A stretch of DNA of 56,283 nt, counting the filler, from Platydemus manokwari (Eukaryota), in NCBI GenBank assembly GCA_037951405.1. It is 5 parts of 5 records of this genome, joined end to end, with 100 filler letters (N's around TTAATTAATTAA, not from the genome) between each part and the next. Parts side by side here need not be neighbours in the genome. Positions count along the whole stretch, not along the records: positions 43,422 to 56,283 come from JBBMOY011938049.1; 4 more parts are not named here. One strand, written 5' to 3'. Under the pieces are notes generated by a model. That model worked only from the letters and a program-made list of their open reading frames with translations, ran no database searches and was not told the origin of the DNA. Positions 43,322 to 56,283 of the stretch are shown one piece after another; the stretch's first letter is position 1, and each line of letters begins with the position of its first letter. The translations under genes and the position numbers were made by a program.

Positions 43322-43421
43322 NNNNNNNNNNNNNNNNNNNNNNNNNNNNNNNNNNNNNNNNNNNNTTAATTAATTAANNNNNNNNNNNNNNNNNNNNNNN
43401 NNNNNNNNNNNNNNNNNNNNN
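43322..43421. other. Artificial assembly linker
   Basis: Same 100-nt structure; truncates the giant ORF. Confidence 0.98.
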
Positions 43422-43453
43422 CAGCGTTATAACAATTTGTGTTAATAAAATAC

Positions 43454-46400
43454 CTGCATAAAAACATGAATAACTTTTGACTCAACCTGGTATATAATGA
43501 ATCTGATTGACTATTGGCACAAACGCTTATTGAATCTGTGTGTATCAACCCTTTGAGAGCTATTTTCGTGGTTCTAAGAGCATTCTGGTTGTTTTTGTGA
43601 CCTACCCAACAAATAGAACTAATTACAATGATGTCGGTAAATAATTAATTAAAATAATAACTATAATAGATATCAATAATAAAAGTAATAATTATTATTC
43701 TGAATAATAGAATAATAATAGAATAATAATGAAAAAAACAATGTCGTCATTAGCAGCNNNNNNNNNNNNNNNNNNNNNNNNNNNNNNNNNNNNNNNNNNN
43801 NNNNNNNNNNNNNNNNNNNNNNNNNNNNNNNNNNNNNNNNNNNNNNNNNNNNNNNNNNNNNNNNNNNNNNNNNNNNNNNNNNNNNNNNNNNNNNNNNTAA
43901 AGGAATTAATAATAATTTCAAATAATAATTATATCTTCATATTAGTTGAGAACGACGAGGTGAAGCATTATCAAAGATTATATGTCATATAACTACCTTA
44001 GGGTCCAAAAGACTCTCAGAACTGATTAAGTCATAGATTTCGATCAAATCAAATAAGAATACATTAAAGTAGTAAAAGTAATGACCTCAAAACGTCACAA
44101 TATCTCAAAATTCTGATAACCCAATAAAATACATAACAGGTAAATCATATACGAATACAGGAAAGTTATCCAGAATTAGTGTAGAGATAAAAACTGCAAA
44201 GTAAATAATGATTAAATACAAGAATATGATCAAGAAATTAATTATATTGAAAGTCAAGTAAAAAGTCTAGAATATAATATAAACCTAAAGGGATTAAAGC
44301 AACGTGGATTCTTTATCCAAGACGATATAGTAGATAATCATGATGATACCAATATACTTTTACCAATTCCCCCAAAATATTCAATTCGTTATTGTTATGA
44401 AATATCATGTTGAACACTTAGAAGATTCTCTCAGTAAGAAAACTGTATCAAGTTTAAAAAATGATTTCTTGTGAGTTCTTGGGTATATCACAAATCAGTC
44501 AAAAGGGTCTCAAGAAACAAGGAAAAACCCTTAAAATGGTCAATACACACAAACCCGGAAAACACAAGTGCCGTTAACCAATCAGATTCGTTCTAATGTT
44601 AATCCATATTTAGAAACTAAGCATCGACTGGCACATGTCTACAAAAGGCAGCAAAGCTCAATGAAATGAGAGATATAAAGAAAATCTCAAGTAAATCAAT
44701 GCACAAACAAATTCAGCGAATTGAAAACGAAGATCCGTGACATCAAGCAGACACACCCGATGGGTCTATAAAAGAGGTTGAATTCCATGGATTCTTGCCA
44801 GTTTTTTTTGGTCGGTAACTTTAGTGCTTAGCTTATGTGTGATTTTGGTAATCAGTCTTTTTGATTACTCTTCATTCTGTGTTTGACTTTCGGGTGCTGA
44901 TCCCGTATTGAGTGATTTTCTTTGTGAATTGCGTAGAGATTTGTTATTGTTATTATTGAGACTTTGAGTGTATTATTTTATTTAATATAGCTTTGTAGAT
45001 TCAAATTGTTGTTTTTGATAACGAAACAGGTCCATTCTAATTTGATATCTATACGTCACTGGTTTGAGAAGCAATATAATCATTTATGTCTTGATGAAAC
45101 ACAAGGAAAATTCCACAAAAACCTTTAAAATATTTAATATAAATCCTAAAATATTTTATACACTTTGATACCGATGTTAAATGGATTTTCAAGAGTTTTT
45201 AAATGTGAGATACTTTCACGTCATCATATTATTGGCCACCGTTGAGCATCGAGTTCAAATCATAATATCAGTGTAAAAGTCGTCATATCGAATAAAATTG
45301 TTAACAAAAATCAATAAACCACCTACTTCATAATAATAGACATTCTTCAACATGTTGCCATCAATAACCAGACACATCAATGATTCAAACAACAAGAATA
45401 CCGATTGTTTCAGAGCTTCTGAATCGATATCTTTCAAATCGGAAATGTATTCGATAATTTGCTTCAACATAACATAGGAACAATCGATCCCATTGTTTTC
45501 AAAAATGTAATGTCGGAATTCGTTATTGTAAGTGAATAAAATTCGAAAGCATTGCCAAATGTGGATGTCATCCAAAAGAATGCCCACCGATTCTGTCAGG
45601 GACAATTGGTTATGGTCTAGCTGTTTCATTAGATTTTCAAAGTTCACAGTTGACACTAAATAATCGATAATTCTGGTTTTTCTGGTTTTTTCGTTGAAAT
45701 CAGGAATTGGTGATGAGCGACTAGACAGCAAAATTATTGTAAGGCACCTAAACATAAATAAGAAATCATAAAAATGAAGTATATAAAAATATATATTTTA
45801 AAATTTTTAAAAAATATAGAAAAATGACGACATAAAAGAGTTGATAGTGTTCCTCAAATACATCACAAGAGAAGAATGAAATTATTTATCGGATTTACGG
45901 TTGAAGTTAATCTTGATCTCAAATAAATCTCTTAATTTTCAAAAAAAAACCTTTATTTGCTCGTAGACCACTCAATAATTTACAGCAAAATGTTTTCACA
46001 AAATTTTTGAAATATTTATGTCCGCAAATCAATTTACTGAAGTGATATTTTCTGATAATGAGCTTTGTCGTTGTTCATTCCGACAGGTAGTCCATTGTTA
46101 TATCGGTTTCCAAATTCTTCTTACTTATCAATATCACAAATTCACAGTGCCTGATTGGTTATGTAATGGATTCAAATCAATAGCCACTGTCATTGCTCAA
46201 TTACTCATGAGCACATTCTCTACAAGACTTATGAGCTTTTTAAATTGAATTAGAATTTTTAAAAATTTAATTTTACAAAAAATTATATTAATTTATTTAA
46301 TAATAATTACAATACATAATTTGATATCGCGTATTTTCAGCTCGTTTTCGATACGCGTTTGATAACAGTAGCTTCTCTTAAAACTAGTTTCTTTAATTTT

Positions 46401-49400
46401 AACAGATCAATATTTCAACACATTATCGCTCGCTTCCATTCCTTCTAATTTCTTCTCCGTACATTAATTCTTTAGAACAAAATATTTAATTTTTTTGATT
46501 ATTATTTTATCACCAATCCACTGCTTGCTTATTTGATATGGATGCCCTCTCCAGTGCCATTTGCCTAAACCTTCTAATATCATGCTAGTTAAGGTTTATC
46601 ACAGCCTAAAGTTATAATATTCGATAATATTTATGTAAGATATTGTGTTGTCCTCCCACTCATTTATTGATCAATTTTTAAAACAACTATAACCCATGAT
46701 AATTTCCCATTTTTACCCGATCATATTTTTCAAATTAAAAAAAAATAAATGTGTATCAATTACTTGTAATAGTTCTTTTTGAGATTGGGATATTTCTCAC
46801 AAACTGCCCATGACAACTGTAAATCATCGATTTCCCATTGCGAATTCAAATACGGTAGAAGAGAAAAAATCGACGATCCAATCATTTCATAACGAAGTAT
46901 CGAATCGGTTGGTGTATAAGTGAGCAGTCCATTGAGTATCGGTCGGGTGACATTTTCAATGACGAGATGTTTCATTAAATCATCTTGAATTTTTGCTAAC
47001 CAATCGATAAAATGTAATAGATCAGCAAATGTCGTATTGTAATATTGGCGTGGACATTGACTGGCCTTGATGGATGGAATGCAAACGTTGCGAATTTCTT
47101 GAAGGATACCGATTACATCATGTCGAGATGTATATTGACAATCACAATTGAATCGATATTTGTAGAATTCAAATGATATTTCAATAATTCTCTGCAGAAA
47201 TCTGATGACAATAAATTTCACAGCCTCTGGCATTGGATTGACGAGCAGAGAAATGAGTTTATTGGAATATCCCAGCAAATCTATGGTGCAACAGAAACTG
47301 ATCGTTTTGATAGAACTTAGAATGTGATGATAGAATTGTTTCTTTCTTGCATGAAGACATTTGGATTCCGTATCACTGATGAGTAGATGGACAAGATTAT
47401 TCAATATCAATTGACAAATCGATGCATAGCAACAAATGTCATGGAAAGAATCGATTTTCTGTGCTGATGGAATGTAATTGAATTGACTGGTATGGTGAGC
47501 GAATATTTCATTGCTTTGTTGATTGTGACTGGTTTTTCGTTTTTCGTCGGGAATTTCTTTCAATATCGACAGCAAGACAATTATTTCCGAAAACAAAGAA
47601 ATCTTGGAATTTCTCAACAAGATCCATAAGTCTTCGTTGTCGATTTCGTGATTAAGAGCCTGTTGTGTCACCTGGCTACCGTTTGTATGGTACCAACAGG
47701 TGAATAAATGAATTATTCCTCGACAAGATCCAGTGTAATTGGTTATGGTATCTTTCGCTACAACAATGAATATATAAAACATCAGTTTATTTAGATCACA
47801 CCGCAAAGACTGTTGGTGTTGATCGTCATGAAATAATTCACAGATCTGCAATAATCGTTCGATAACTTTATGACCCAATAATATCGTCATGCTTGAGTTG
47901 TTTTCCGATTGTTCTAAAATCAATATTTTAACCGTCAATGCGATATTACTGACTAGACTATCTGCCAGTTTCAATAGCTGTTGTTGGAATGGATTGGAAA
48001 GGAATTTTTCATCATTTATCAGTAGACAACAACTTTTTAATATTTCAAGATAAATCGATATTGCATCGGTATACAATGATGAATCCAATGGAATGATGTG
48101 ATGTAATAATCTTGATACTATTCGTAAACTAGTAATGACATGGATTTGTTTTAATTCTTCTTTATGGTGATTATCTACACGATCGATGGAATGTTCATCC
48201 AAATCGGATTGACAAAGCTCTCCTAATTCTGTTTGTGAAAAAGGTTGAAATTCGAAAATTCCGAAATCTTCCGATTTGTATCGACCTACAATATTTAAGC
48301 TTTTAATCCATGAATGGAGATTGAAATCAATCAATTACGAATTTTCGTTTTTTTCGTATGTTTGGGCTTGTGACGGGTAACTTTCAAGCGTGTTTTGTGA
48401 GAAGCATCATCGTCTGTCGAGTATTCTTCGATTTCTTTTGGAGGTTTAGCAGTTTTCAAATTTTTTTTCGATTGATTGGTTGAACTCAGTTCTTGACGCA
48501 AATAATGTGAGAACGTTAATTCGGGAACAATGACTGCATCTAAAAAGCAATCGATAAACAAGTAATGATTTTTCACTGATTCTCATTAGAATTGTTCTCA
48601 TATATCGAGGGAGAAAAATCCAAACGACTTCAAAGAATAAAGTAGATAAGAATGTTTAAAAGGACGGGCGAGATATATCAGCTGTAAAAAATCTCACGGG
48701 TATAAGTTGATAATTTTACTTGATCTCAAGGAAACAAGGAACCAGATGAAATACTGGGTTCTTTAATAAGAACCTGTAGACTCCACGGACGTATTAGCAG
48801 TTACCAAACATTTCACTCGATTAGAAAATGTAGGATAAAGACCTAACAAATTTTCTTTGAAAAGTAATTGACTAACTGATATAATTAGCTGAAAAATAAC
48901 GTAAATAGCAAAGAAATAATTGATAAAAATGAAAAATCTCGGCATTATTTAGCTAATTCGATTTTGTACAAAAATAAAAAGTTTATTTGATATGTATGAT
49001 GTAATAACTTTACTCGATCATTACATGCCAAATACTTGACACATCGTGGGTGGGTTTTCATCTTTAATTTAAAAATGTTATACATAATTGGAGGATTCAA
49101 TCAAGAAACATTTATCATTTGATGAGAAAGAAAAAGAATCCGCTATTAGGATCACGAGATTTAGTTTGTGGTTTATTTAAGCTGATTTAATAAATAATTT
49201 ATTGAATAGCGATCTAATTGGGCGAGAGACATAACAGGTTCAGTGAATTTGTTGTCCGTTTGACAAATTATAATTTATCTCATCTTTTAGGAGTAATTGG
49301 ACGAAAATCTTTAATCTCCAAAAGGTCTAAATCATCTTTCTTTGACAATGAGGAGTCAAATAAAAACTCATGCGCGAGAAATTATGAGGACTGAGAAAGA

Positions 49401-52400
49401 AGAATTTTAACAAAACAAAATATTGCTCCGAAATAGCGAAATCAATCTAAGAAGATAACTTAAACTCCTTAACTGATATATCAAATATCATGGATAATAT
49501 CAATAGATTATTCCTCACTTTGTATTGGCTAATTTTTTAACCGATGTTTTGTATTGGTTTATAAAAATGTATTTTCAATTCAAAGAATTTATTGATAAAT
49601 AAACTAAAAAAAACACAAGTCAATAGATAAACTATAATCCATTTATGTTATCGATTTAATTGACTCTAGGTTCAAATCCACTTGTGAGCTAATTATGGAG
49701 AAAGGAGATTTGGAAATTTTTAAAAATGTTTACTCCGAACACTAATAATTTCAAAAAATTAATATGTATTGATTTTATAACTTTGACGATCCCCTTGTTG
49801 GTACTCATTAATGCAGTCCAGTTCTACCGGACCAATTAAATCCCAATAAATTTGACAAATTACTACATCTCAGTGTATGAAAATTCAAAATTAATCGATA
49901 TAATGGAGTTTATATTTCGTTACAAATATTATTAACATGAATTAAAACAAAATTATTGTTTTTAAATTCATTCCAACAACATGATAATCTTTCATTGTTA
50001 AATTAACTGTTCGTTGCCAAAATTTCTTCGCCTTTAATTTTCAAATCCAAAGTCATGTTTTCTACAGAACAAAATCAATTTTCCAATAAATTTTTAAATA
50101 TTTAAAATTTATTTCAATCTGATTTTTCTTCTTCCTTTTTAAATTGAATAAAAATGCTCACATTTTCATATTACATCGTTATTTTTTTTTACTAATTTTT
50201 ATTTTACTAATTTTTTTTTAAATTGAGAGGTTAATAGTAATTTTTATTAAAGCAAGATCATTTGATAAATATCAATGTGGTGGATTTTATTTTTAATATC
50301 ATTTTTTAAAAATAACTTTTAACTCAATTTTTTAACATTTTATCTTATGTAACCCTTAATGGTTTATCGTATTTATAAATAAACCTCACAATATCAATGC
50401 CATTGATGAAAATGTCTCGTTTTATTTTCATTTCACCATAAATGAGAAGTACAGCTACATAAACATTGGAAAAATTGACAACTTAACGAAAAATAAACTG
50501 TTGACATATAAACGATAATTCACAAGCGAGAGAGAAAGAGGGAGGGAGAGAGAGTAGATATATTGCGATTAGACAGATTAAAGTAATTTCGACAGATTTG
50601 AGAGATTCTATGAAATCTTCTTCATTTATGGCCAGGCATTTGAAGATTATTCTTTTGTTCACTTCCTCGTTGCTATATAATTTTTCAAATATTTTTATCT
50701 CCCAATCAATTATTATATTTCCATGACTAAGGATAACAATCAAAGAAAAAAGCTTCAAGATATCCAGATAATTAATGACAATGATTTCCACAGATTTAAA
50801 AATCAGAGAATCACAGTACAAACAATTTTAGAAAGATTTTCGATACTGGTGTCATAAAAGATTCATTGCTCCGGCTTTTCAAAAACCATAGAAGCAATCA
50901 AGGTTTTTACATGAAAAGCCTTACGAATCCAGCTTTAATATCTCATTCACGAATAACAAAATAGCAGCATTTTAAAATCTATTAATATTTGAAATGAGTA
51001 TTTAAATAGACAATATATTGATACTAAAATATATAAATAATCGATTTAATTTGATTATATATTATTATTGTATTGACTGATAAAAATCGTTATTTAATAA
51101 AACAATGACAGCCATTAATCATAATTAAAAAATTACAATAAAATATTGGTTAATTACTTATATTATTTTTGAAATGGATATATTATTTATTTAATTATAT
51201 TATTTATTTAATTATATTATTTATTTAATTTTATTATTTATTTAATAAATTATTTATTAAATTATTATTTTTATTATTTAAATTATTATTAAATAAAATC
51301 GAAACGGTTTCCATGTTTGAAAAGCAATTAAACATATACTCGAATCATATCTTATCGGATTTATGGAATCAAGTAACTTTCATGAATACTAAACGGCATT
51401 ATCTATCCAGATATTTGATAGAATGATAGAAATTGTGTCACATTTACGATTAACAAGTAACACGATTTACGATAATGAAATAAAGGAACATTTACAACCA
51501 TCTCAATATTCCTAGAATTACTAGCTTGAACTTAAAGATGTGTATAAAGGTTGTTGTGTCGAGCAAATGGTGTATTGTTTAGTTTAATTTGATTGATTTG
51601 TTGTAATTATTCAATAATATTGCCAATACTGGATATGAAATGTCTATTTCTATTGATTAAACTTTTTAGTAATTCCACAAAGTGAACAAACCTCGGAGAA
51701 ATAAATATTTTCATTTATTTAATGGATAAATTGACTACAAGTAGACTTAATGATGACAAAAGGATCCATTTCATGGGGATTCATATCACTGAGATTTCTT
51801 CTATTTATTCGATTACCATGCAGGAAATGATGTCCATGTCGAAAAACCTTGCCAATTCCCCCGGTTCTAGACTACAAGTTGACCTACAAGTAGTTAATAA
51901 CCGGTGCCAGTTCAATCTTTCTAATCGATGTGAAATGCTTGATGGATGAACAACGTCTGATAATCAATGCCTATAAAGCCAATGTGCAGAAATACGATGA
52001 CACCAGGAAAGAGATTAAAAAAGCCAGACCAATATGGACAGTGAAATTTATATGGTTGGAGTACTGGGAAGCTGGCCAACGAAAAATGATATAGTATTAA
52101 GAAAACTCGGATTCAAAAAAATTGATGGAGACAATCACATACGAATGTATCAAGTCCAACATTCATGTATCCTATATGCTATGGCAATTCCATAGAAGCA
52201 ATTCATCCTATAAGCCAAGAAGAATAACCGAAAAAGACCACCAAGAAAATATCTCGGACTATGAGTTGACATGTACAGAGGATGAGAAGATGTTCAAAAA
52301 ACTTGGTTAAGAACTGCTGGCAAGAAGAAGATGGATCCAATGCGAAGCCTGTGATATTTGCCCCACCACTTAGTGGTGAAGATCTCGGCCTATGTCTTAG

Positions 52401-53913
52401 TTTTGTCATTAAAAACCTGTTAATTAAATAAATATTTACATTATTGCAGACACCCTCATAGTTTACAATGAGCAAGTTCCACTCAACAATATCAAGCCTA
52501 TAATGAATTAAAATAGCAGATATAAATTCCAAATCACGCGCCAATCTTAAATATCAGATTAATAAAGGTGTATTGAGGGAGATTACAGATTTCAAAATAA
52601 CTTCAGAATTTGTATAAAATAATAATCAATAAAATAATCAATAAAATAATCAAGGTCATTGGAGATAATATTTATAAATCAATGATAGAGTTATTCAAAT
52701 ATTGATTGATATATTATAGTAATATTTTTATAATGACAAACCGTGAAAATATAAAAATAAATTCATAGGTAATGTTAATCACGTTTATCATTTTATATTA
52801 TGTGATAATATATAATCATTATTGATAATATTATTAATTATTATTCAAGGCATATCATATAGGCAGCATAGCAAACCTCACCCGTTATTACAAAGTGAAG
52901 TCGTTTTAAAAATTAAATATAACGATTAATTAATTTTTAATTGATTTGTTTTATTAATTAAATAAAATCAATAAATCAATAATTAATATTAGATTGATGA
53001 TTTATTGAAATTAAATATTGAAACCCATGTTAAATCATTGGAAAATAGGAACAATTTGAGCATGAATAAAACTCATATTTGGTGAGCAAAAATAAATAAA
53101 GACCATAAAATCAAAACACCAGAACGGATTTGTGCAATTTCTCAACTGTCCAATCGTAACGAGCAAAATTTGGAATCATTTCAAATGAAATCTATGCAAA
53201 CAAATTCAGATTGATTTAGAAATCAATAAATTATAATTGATTAGCAATTAAAACATATTTAAAACAGAATCAATTATTTAATAATTATAATCGAACTAAT
53301 CAATATGATCTACCAGTAACATCTGAGACAATGGCTTGGGCGGGATTCAAGCATATTTCCGTCAAAATCGATAACAATGTCGTTGCTAAAATGTTGCCCA
53401 GTTCGGATTCTAAAATAATTTTCAAAACCGACGATTTCAAATTATCGGTCTTGTTCTGTTTGGCAAACATTAATTGTTCGATGATAAATTCGATCCCATA
53501 CAACATCAATGATCCATTCTCACTTTCTAAATAGCCTCTCAGGTTTCGGGATTCACTGTTCGATCGTTGTGAATCGTCTTTCATCATGTAAAGATTTTCC
53601 AGATCATTCAAAAATTGCTTCATCAAAATGATGGCGATTCCCGATATATCACTGAAATCAAATCCCAAATAATTCGTTCAATCACAACTGATACTATCAC
53701 CTGGTTATGAAAACCGTTCCAATGCGATTTCTCTGTTTTATCGATTTTAAATACAACGATCGTAAAAATATGAGCAAATTTTCGGATTTCTGTCAATATC
53801 AAATGATAATGATCGATAAATATCGAAAAAAATTATCTAACATTTTTGTAGGAAGAATTCAAAAATTTGTGCCACAATTCTTGCAATAAATCCGAATTAT
53901 CCATTGAACACAT
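43454..53913 (-). CDS. LYST: Probable lysosomal trafficking regulator (LYST/CHS1/beige/mauve), 5' part, ~930 aa over 6-7 exons
   Basis: Phase-compatible exons: 53904 (or 53913)-53842, 53789-53701, 53651-53314, 48539-48339, 48285-46764, 45747-~45320, and a candidate at 43601-43454. Short introns are 52, 49 and 53 nt. LMKQFLNDLENLY, LRGYLESENGSLMLYGIEFII and LATTLLSILTEIC resemble, in order, the LYST N-terminus as I recall it (LAREFLTDV, LGQYLVHGRGFLLL, LLTLLLSLL). The PH-BEACH-WD40 region is not in the window, so the name is tentative while the gene model is firmer. Confidence 0.55.
43758..43897. other. Ordinary sized scaffold gap (140 N)
   Basis: N run without the linker 12-mer. Confidence 0.95.
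44393..45023 (+). mobile_element. Possible solo-LTR-like segment
   Basis: TGTTATGAAA...TTTGATAACG inverted ends and an internal CTATAAAAGAGG TATA-like box (~44766) followed by a T/G-rich tract. No TSD found. Confidence 0.3.
51165..51298. repeat. A/T-only low-complexity tandem repeat
   Basis: Repeating ATATTATTTATTTAATT-type units. Confidence 0.75.
51900..52400 (+). mobile_element. Decayed transposon-like coding relic in intron 3 of the LYST-like gene
   Basis: IINAYK and TITYECIKSNIHV..WQFH resemble the piggyBac C-terminus, and WIQCEACDIC is PHD-like. Frames are broken. Confidence 0.25.
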
Positions 53914-54240
53914 GTGAAAAATATATTAACATTTAAAAAACGCTCCAATAAAATCTACCGATACAATATATATAAACAAAACTAAGGTTAAAAATTTGAC
54001 AGCGAAATTTTTCAGTGAAAAATACCTAATATACTTAAATAAATCAAAAAATAATTTTTATTTTTTAAATTTTTTTTATTTTTTGGTTTTAATGTTGTTT
54101 TTTCGACATGAAAATTACGAGAAAATTAGGATTTGTTTAAATATATCAATTTTAAAAATTTAATTATTTGTAGAATTTGAACTTCACATTTACAAGCTGT
54201 GAATAATCAAAATCAATAGATACAATTGATTGATAGAAAA
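53914..54240. promoter_or_regulatory. Putative bidirectional promoter between the LYST-like and bestrophin genes
   Basis: The two start codons diverge only ~330 bp apart on the same contig, in extremely AT-rich sequence. Confidence 0.55.
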
Positions 54241-55733
54241 ATGACCATTTCATACGTATCGAGGATCGCCACCTCGAATAGCTTTCGGGTTTTCAAACTT
54301 TTATTTACGTAATGAATTTGTACATCATTTCGATTGATTTCCACTTAATGATTTTTGTATTTGTCATTGTAACATACTTTCCTACACTTTATTTGTCAAT
54401 AAATGAAAATGATGTGAATTATTGGCATTACATAATCCATATTTGCGGTGTCCACAATCACCGAGCATATTTTCGACTGTGTGCATGCCACAGAGATATT
54501 GTATTGTGCTCATTATATGTATTTGAAAGTATTTTTATAGCATAATATTATAGATTTTTATATTGATTTATCGATAATTTTATTAATTTTAAATCAGGTG
54601 GAAAGGAAGTATTTATAAGACGATTCGAGTGGAGTTGCTGGTGTATATCATCTTGTATGCTTTTATATCCCTGTTGCATCACTTTGTTATCGATGAGCTC
54701 CATAAATCGTGAGTAAAACTATTGATTTTATTTTGTTTAGAATTTTGGCTATTATTATCATTTAAAGATCTTTTCTTTTTATTTTTCACAGAGATTTGTT
54801 TTTTGTGAATTCTTTCATGGAATCATTTCATTTTTCTCGATCAAAATAGATTTATAAATTGATTAAAATCAGCTGATCTACTGAATTAAAATGAAATAAA
54901 AATCTATATTTTTCAAATCCAAAGTTTAAATAAATAAAATTAGAATCGCCTTTCAAAAAATTAAATACAAAATCTCTAAATCAAAATAATTCAATATAAA
55001 GAAAAAAAATTTTTAAAAATCGATGTATAGTAAGAAATTTTAAATTAAAAATTAAAAAGGGAAATTAAATCAATAACGAATAAATAATTCAATATTTGAG
55101 TCATAAGATATTTTCTATGAGTAGAATCCCTGACTTCTTTTCATTCAAGATATTTTGAATCGTTCTGTGAATATTGTGCAAAAGGAACAGAATTCATTCC
55201 GGTTGGTCTTGTTCTGGGATTTTATGTGAATCTGGTAGTACAACGATGGACAGACCAGTTTCAAACACTGCCATGGCCGGATAATTTAGCGGTGTACGTC
55301 AACACATTTATCGTCGGCTCAGGAGATATTCCCAGGCTCATTCGACGCAGCATTATGAGATATGTGACTGTAAGCCAGATTCTTTGTTATTCCAGTATTT
55401 CTAGTAAGGTGAAAAGGGTTTTCCCAATTGCCAACTCATTGGTGGAACAAGGTAAAACAAAAAACTGCGCACTCCATGCGACTATCGTGTTTAACTTTAG
55501 GATTGTTGACAAAAGAAGAACTGCAGAGATTGGATGAATTTCAGACCACTAGTAACAAACACTTCGTTCCAATAGCATGGGCTCAGGAATTAGTCGTCAA
55601 AGCGCAGACAGAAAAATATTTATATGACAATAAAAGAGTTTGGATGTTAGCAAATGAGCTAAATGATTTTAGAGATCGGCTTCGAATGCTGTTTGCTTAC
55701 GATTGGATCAATCCGCCATTGATTTATACTCAA
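54241..55733 (+). CDS. BEST: Bestrophin-family anion channel, exons 1-4; continues past the window end
   Basis: Exons 54241-54308, 54598-54708, 55150-55451 and 55501-55733, with introns of 289, 441 and 49 nt. Motifs MTISY, LLFTWKGSIYK, IPVGLVLGFYVNLVVQRW, LPWPD, RRSIMRY and YDWINPPLIYTQ. No specific vertebrate paralog can be assigned. Confidence 0.95.
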
Positions 55734-56206
55734 GTATGAATGGTTTATGATGCTTGATAAAATCACAAATACTTCTAAAATGGTTATTGAATTGACGTGG
55801 TTTTTTTTAGAAACCGATTTTGTTTTCAAAAACACTGACCAAAAAAAGCCTTAAAAATAATGGCAACAAGATAATAATAATTGATGAAATGATCGATAAT
55901 AATAAAGATAAAATTAAAAATTTCAAACCAAAGATAATAATTATTTAATATAATGTTTTTAAAGATATATGAGCGTTTTATAATGTCTTCTTTATTAGGA
56001 CTGTCTAACTTAAATTTTGGAACTTGTCAATTAAATAAAGAAATTTTATTGATTTTTAGACATCCCATTGAATTTTCTGGATAAAATAATCTAATAAAAT
56101 TTTTTTTTAAAAATCAATATGTCAAAATAATATTGAAAATAAATCAATATTTTTAAATAAAAATGAGCTAGATATTGTTTTCATATAGGCTTATATCAAT
56201 ATATAA

Positions 56207-56240
56207 AATAATAATAATAATAATAATGATAATGATGATG

Positions 56241-56283
<43 letters not shown>
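56207..56283. repeat. (AAT/GAT)n microsatellite in bestrophin intron 4
   Basis: Direct observation; runs off the window end. Confidence 0.95.

Noticed and set aside
14046-43377. TTAATTAATTAA recurring about every 10 kb as a biological periodic signal
   Set aside because: It is always centred in exactly 44+44 N, so it is an assembly linker.
43322-43601. Giant coiled-coil exon as the continuation of the LYST-like gene (same strand, adjacent)
   Set aside because: They are separated by an artificial linker, and LYST proteins are helical-solenoid/BEACH/WD40 rather than long coiled coils.
48600-48945. 60-aa ORF with a faint hAT dimerisation-like segment (YPTFS..TSVE)
   Set aside because: Too degenerate to call.
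49640-49700. GGTTCAAATCC B-box suggesting a tRNA or SINE
   Set aside because: No cloverleaf or convincing A-box.
50483-50821. 112-aa minus-strand ORF as an extra LYST-like exon
   Set aside because: The flanking exons already join in phase, the ORF includes a GA-rich microsatellite, and I see no homology. Not fully excluded without RNA data.

Overview
This is very AT-rich eukaryotic (animal) genomic DNA, not prokaryotic. The spliceosomal genes, ~49-55 nt introns, AT-rich satellites and decayed DNA transposons fit a planarian-type flatworm, but that taxon is inference only. The window is not one contiguous locus. Four artificial 100-nt linkers (44 N + TTAATTAATTAA + 44 N, at 14002, 23948, 33953 and 43322) split it into five pieces, so adjacency across them may be meaningless. 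Genes rebuilt by hand from GT-AG sites and reading phase: a complete 4-coding-exon SEPT7-like septin (-); the first four exons of a GRK2/3 kinase that the ORF track misses (-); an intronless RBMX2/Snu17 (+); a >8.8-kb single exon of a giant coiled-coil protein (-) with 63-aa repeats and clustered TQT-like motifs; the 5' part of a probable LYST/beige gene (-); and, head-to-head with it, the 5' part of a bestrophin (+) with unusual pore residues. Mobile DNA includes a Merlin deletion derivative, a hAT MITE, a decayed Tc1/mariner and weaker relics. I found no convincing new multi-gene system. The best leads are the giant repeat protein, the divergent bestrophin and its shared promoter region with LYST, and the tight intron length peak near 49 nt.
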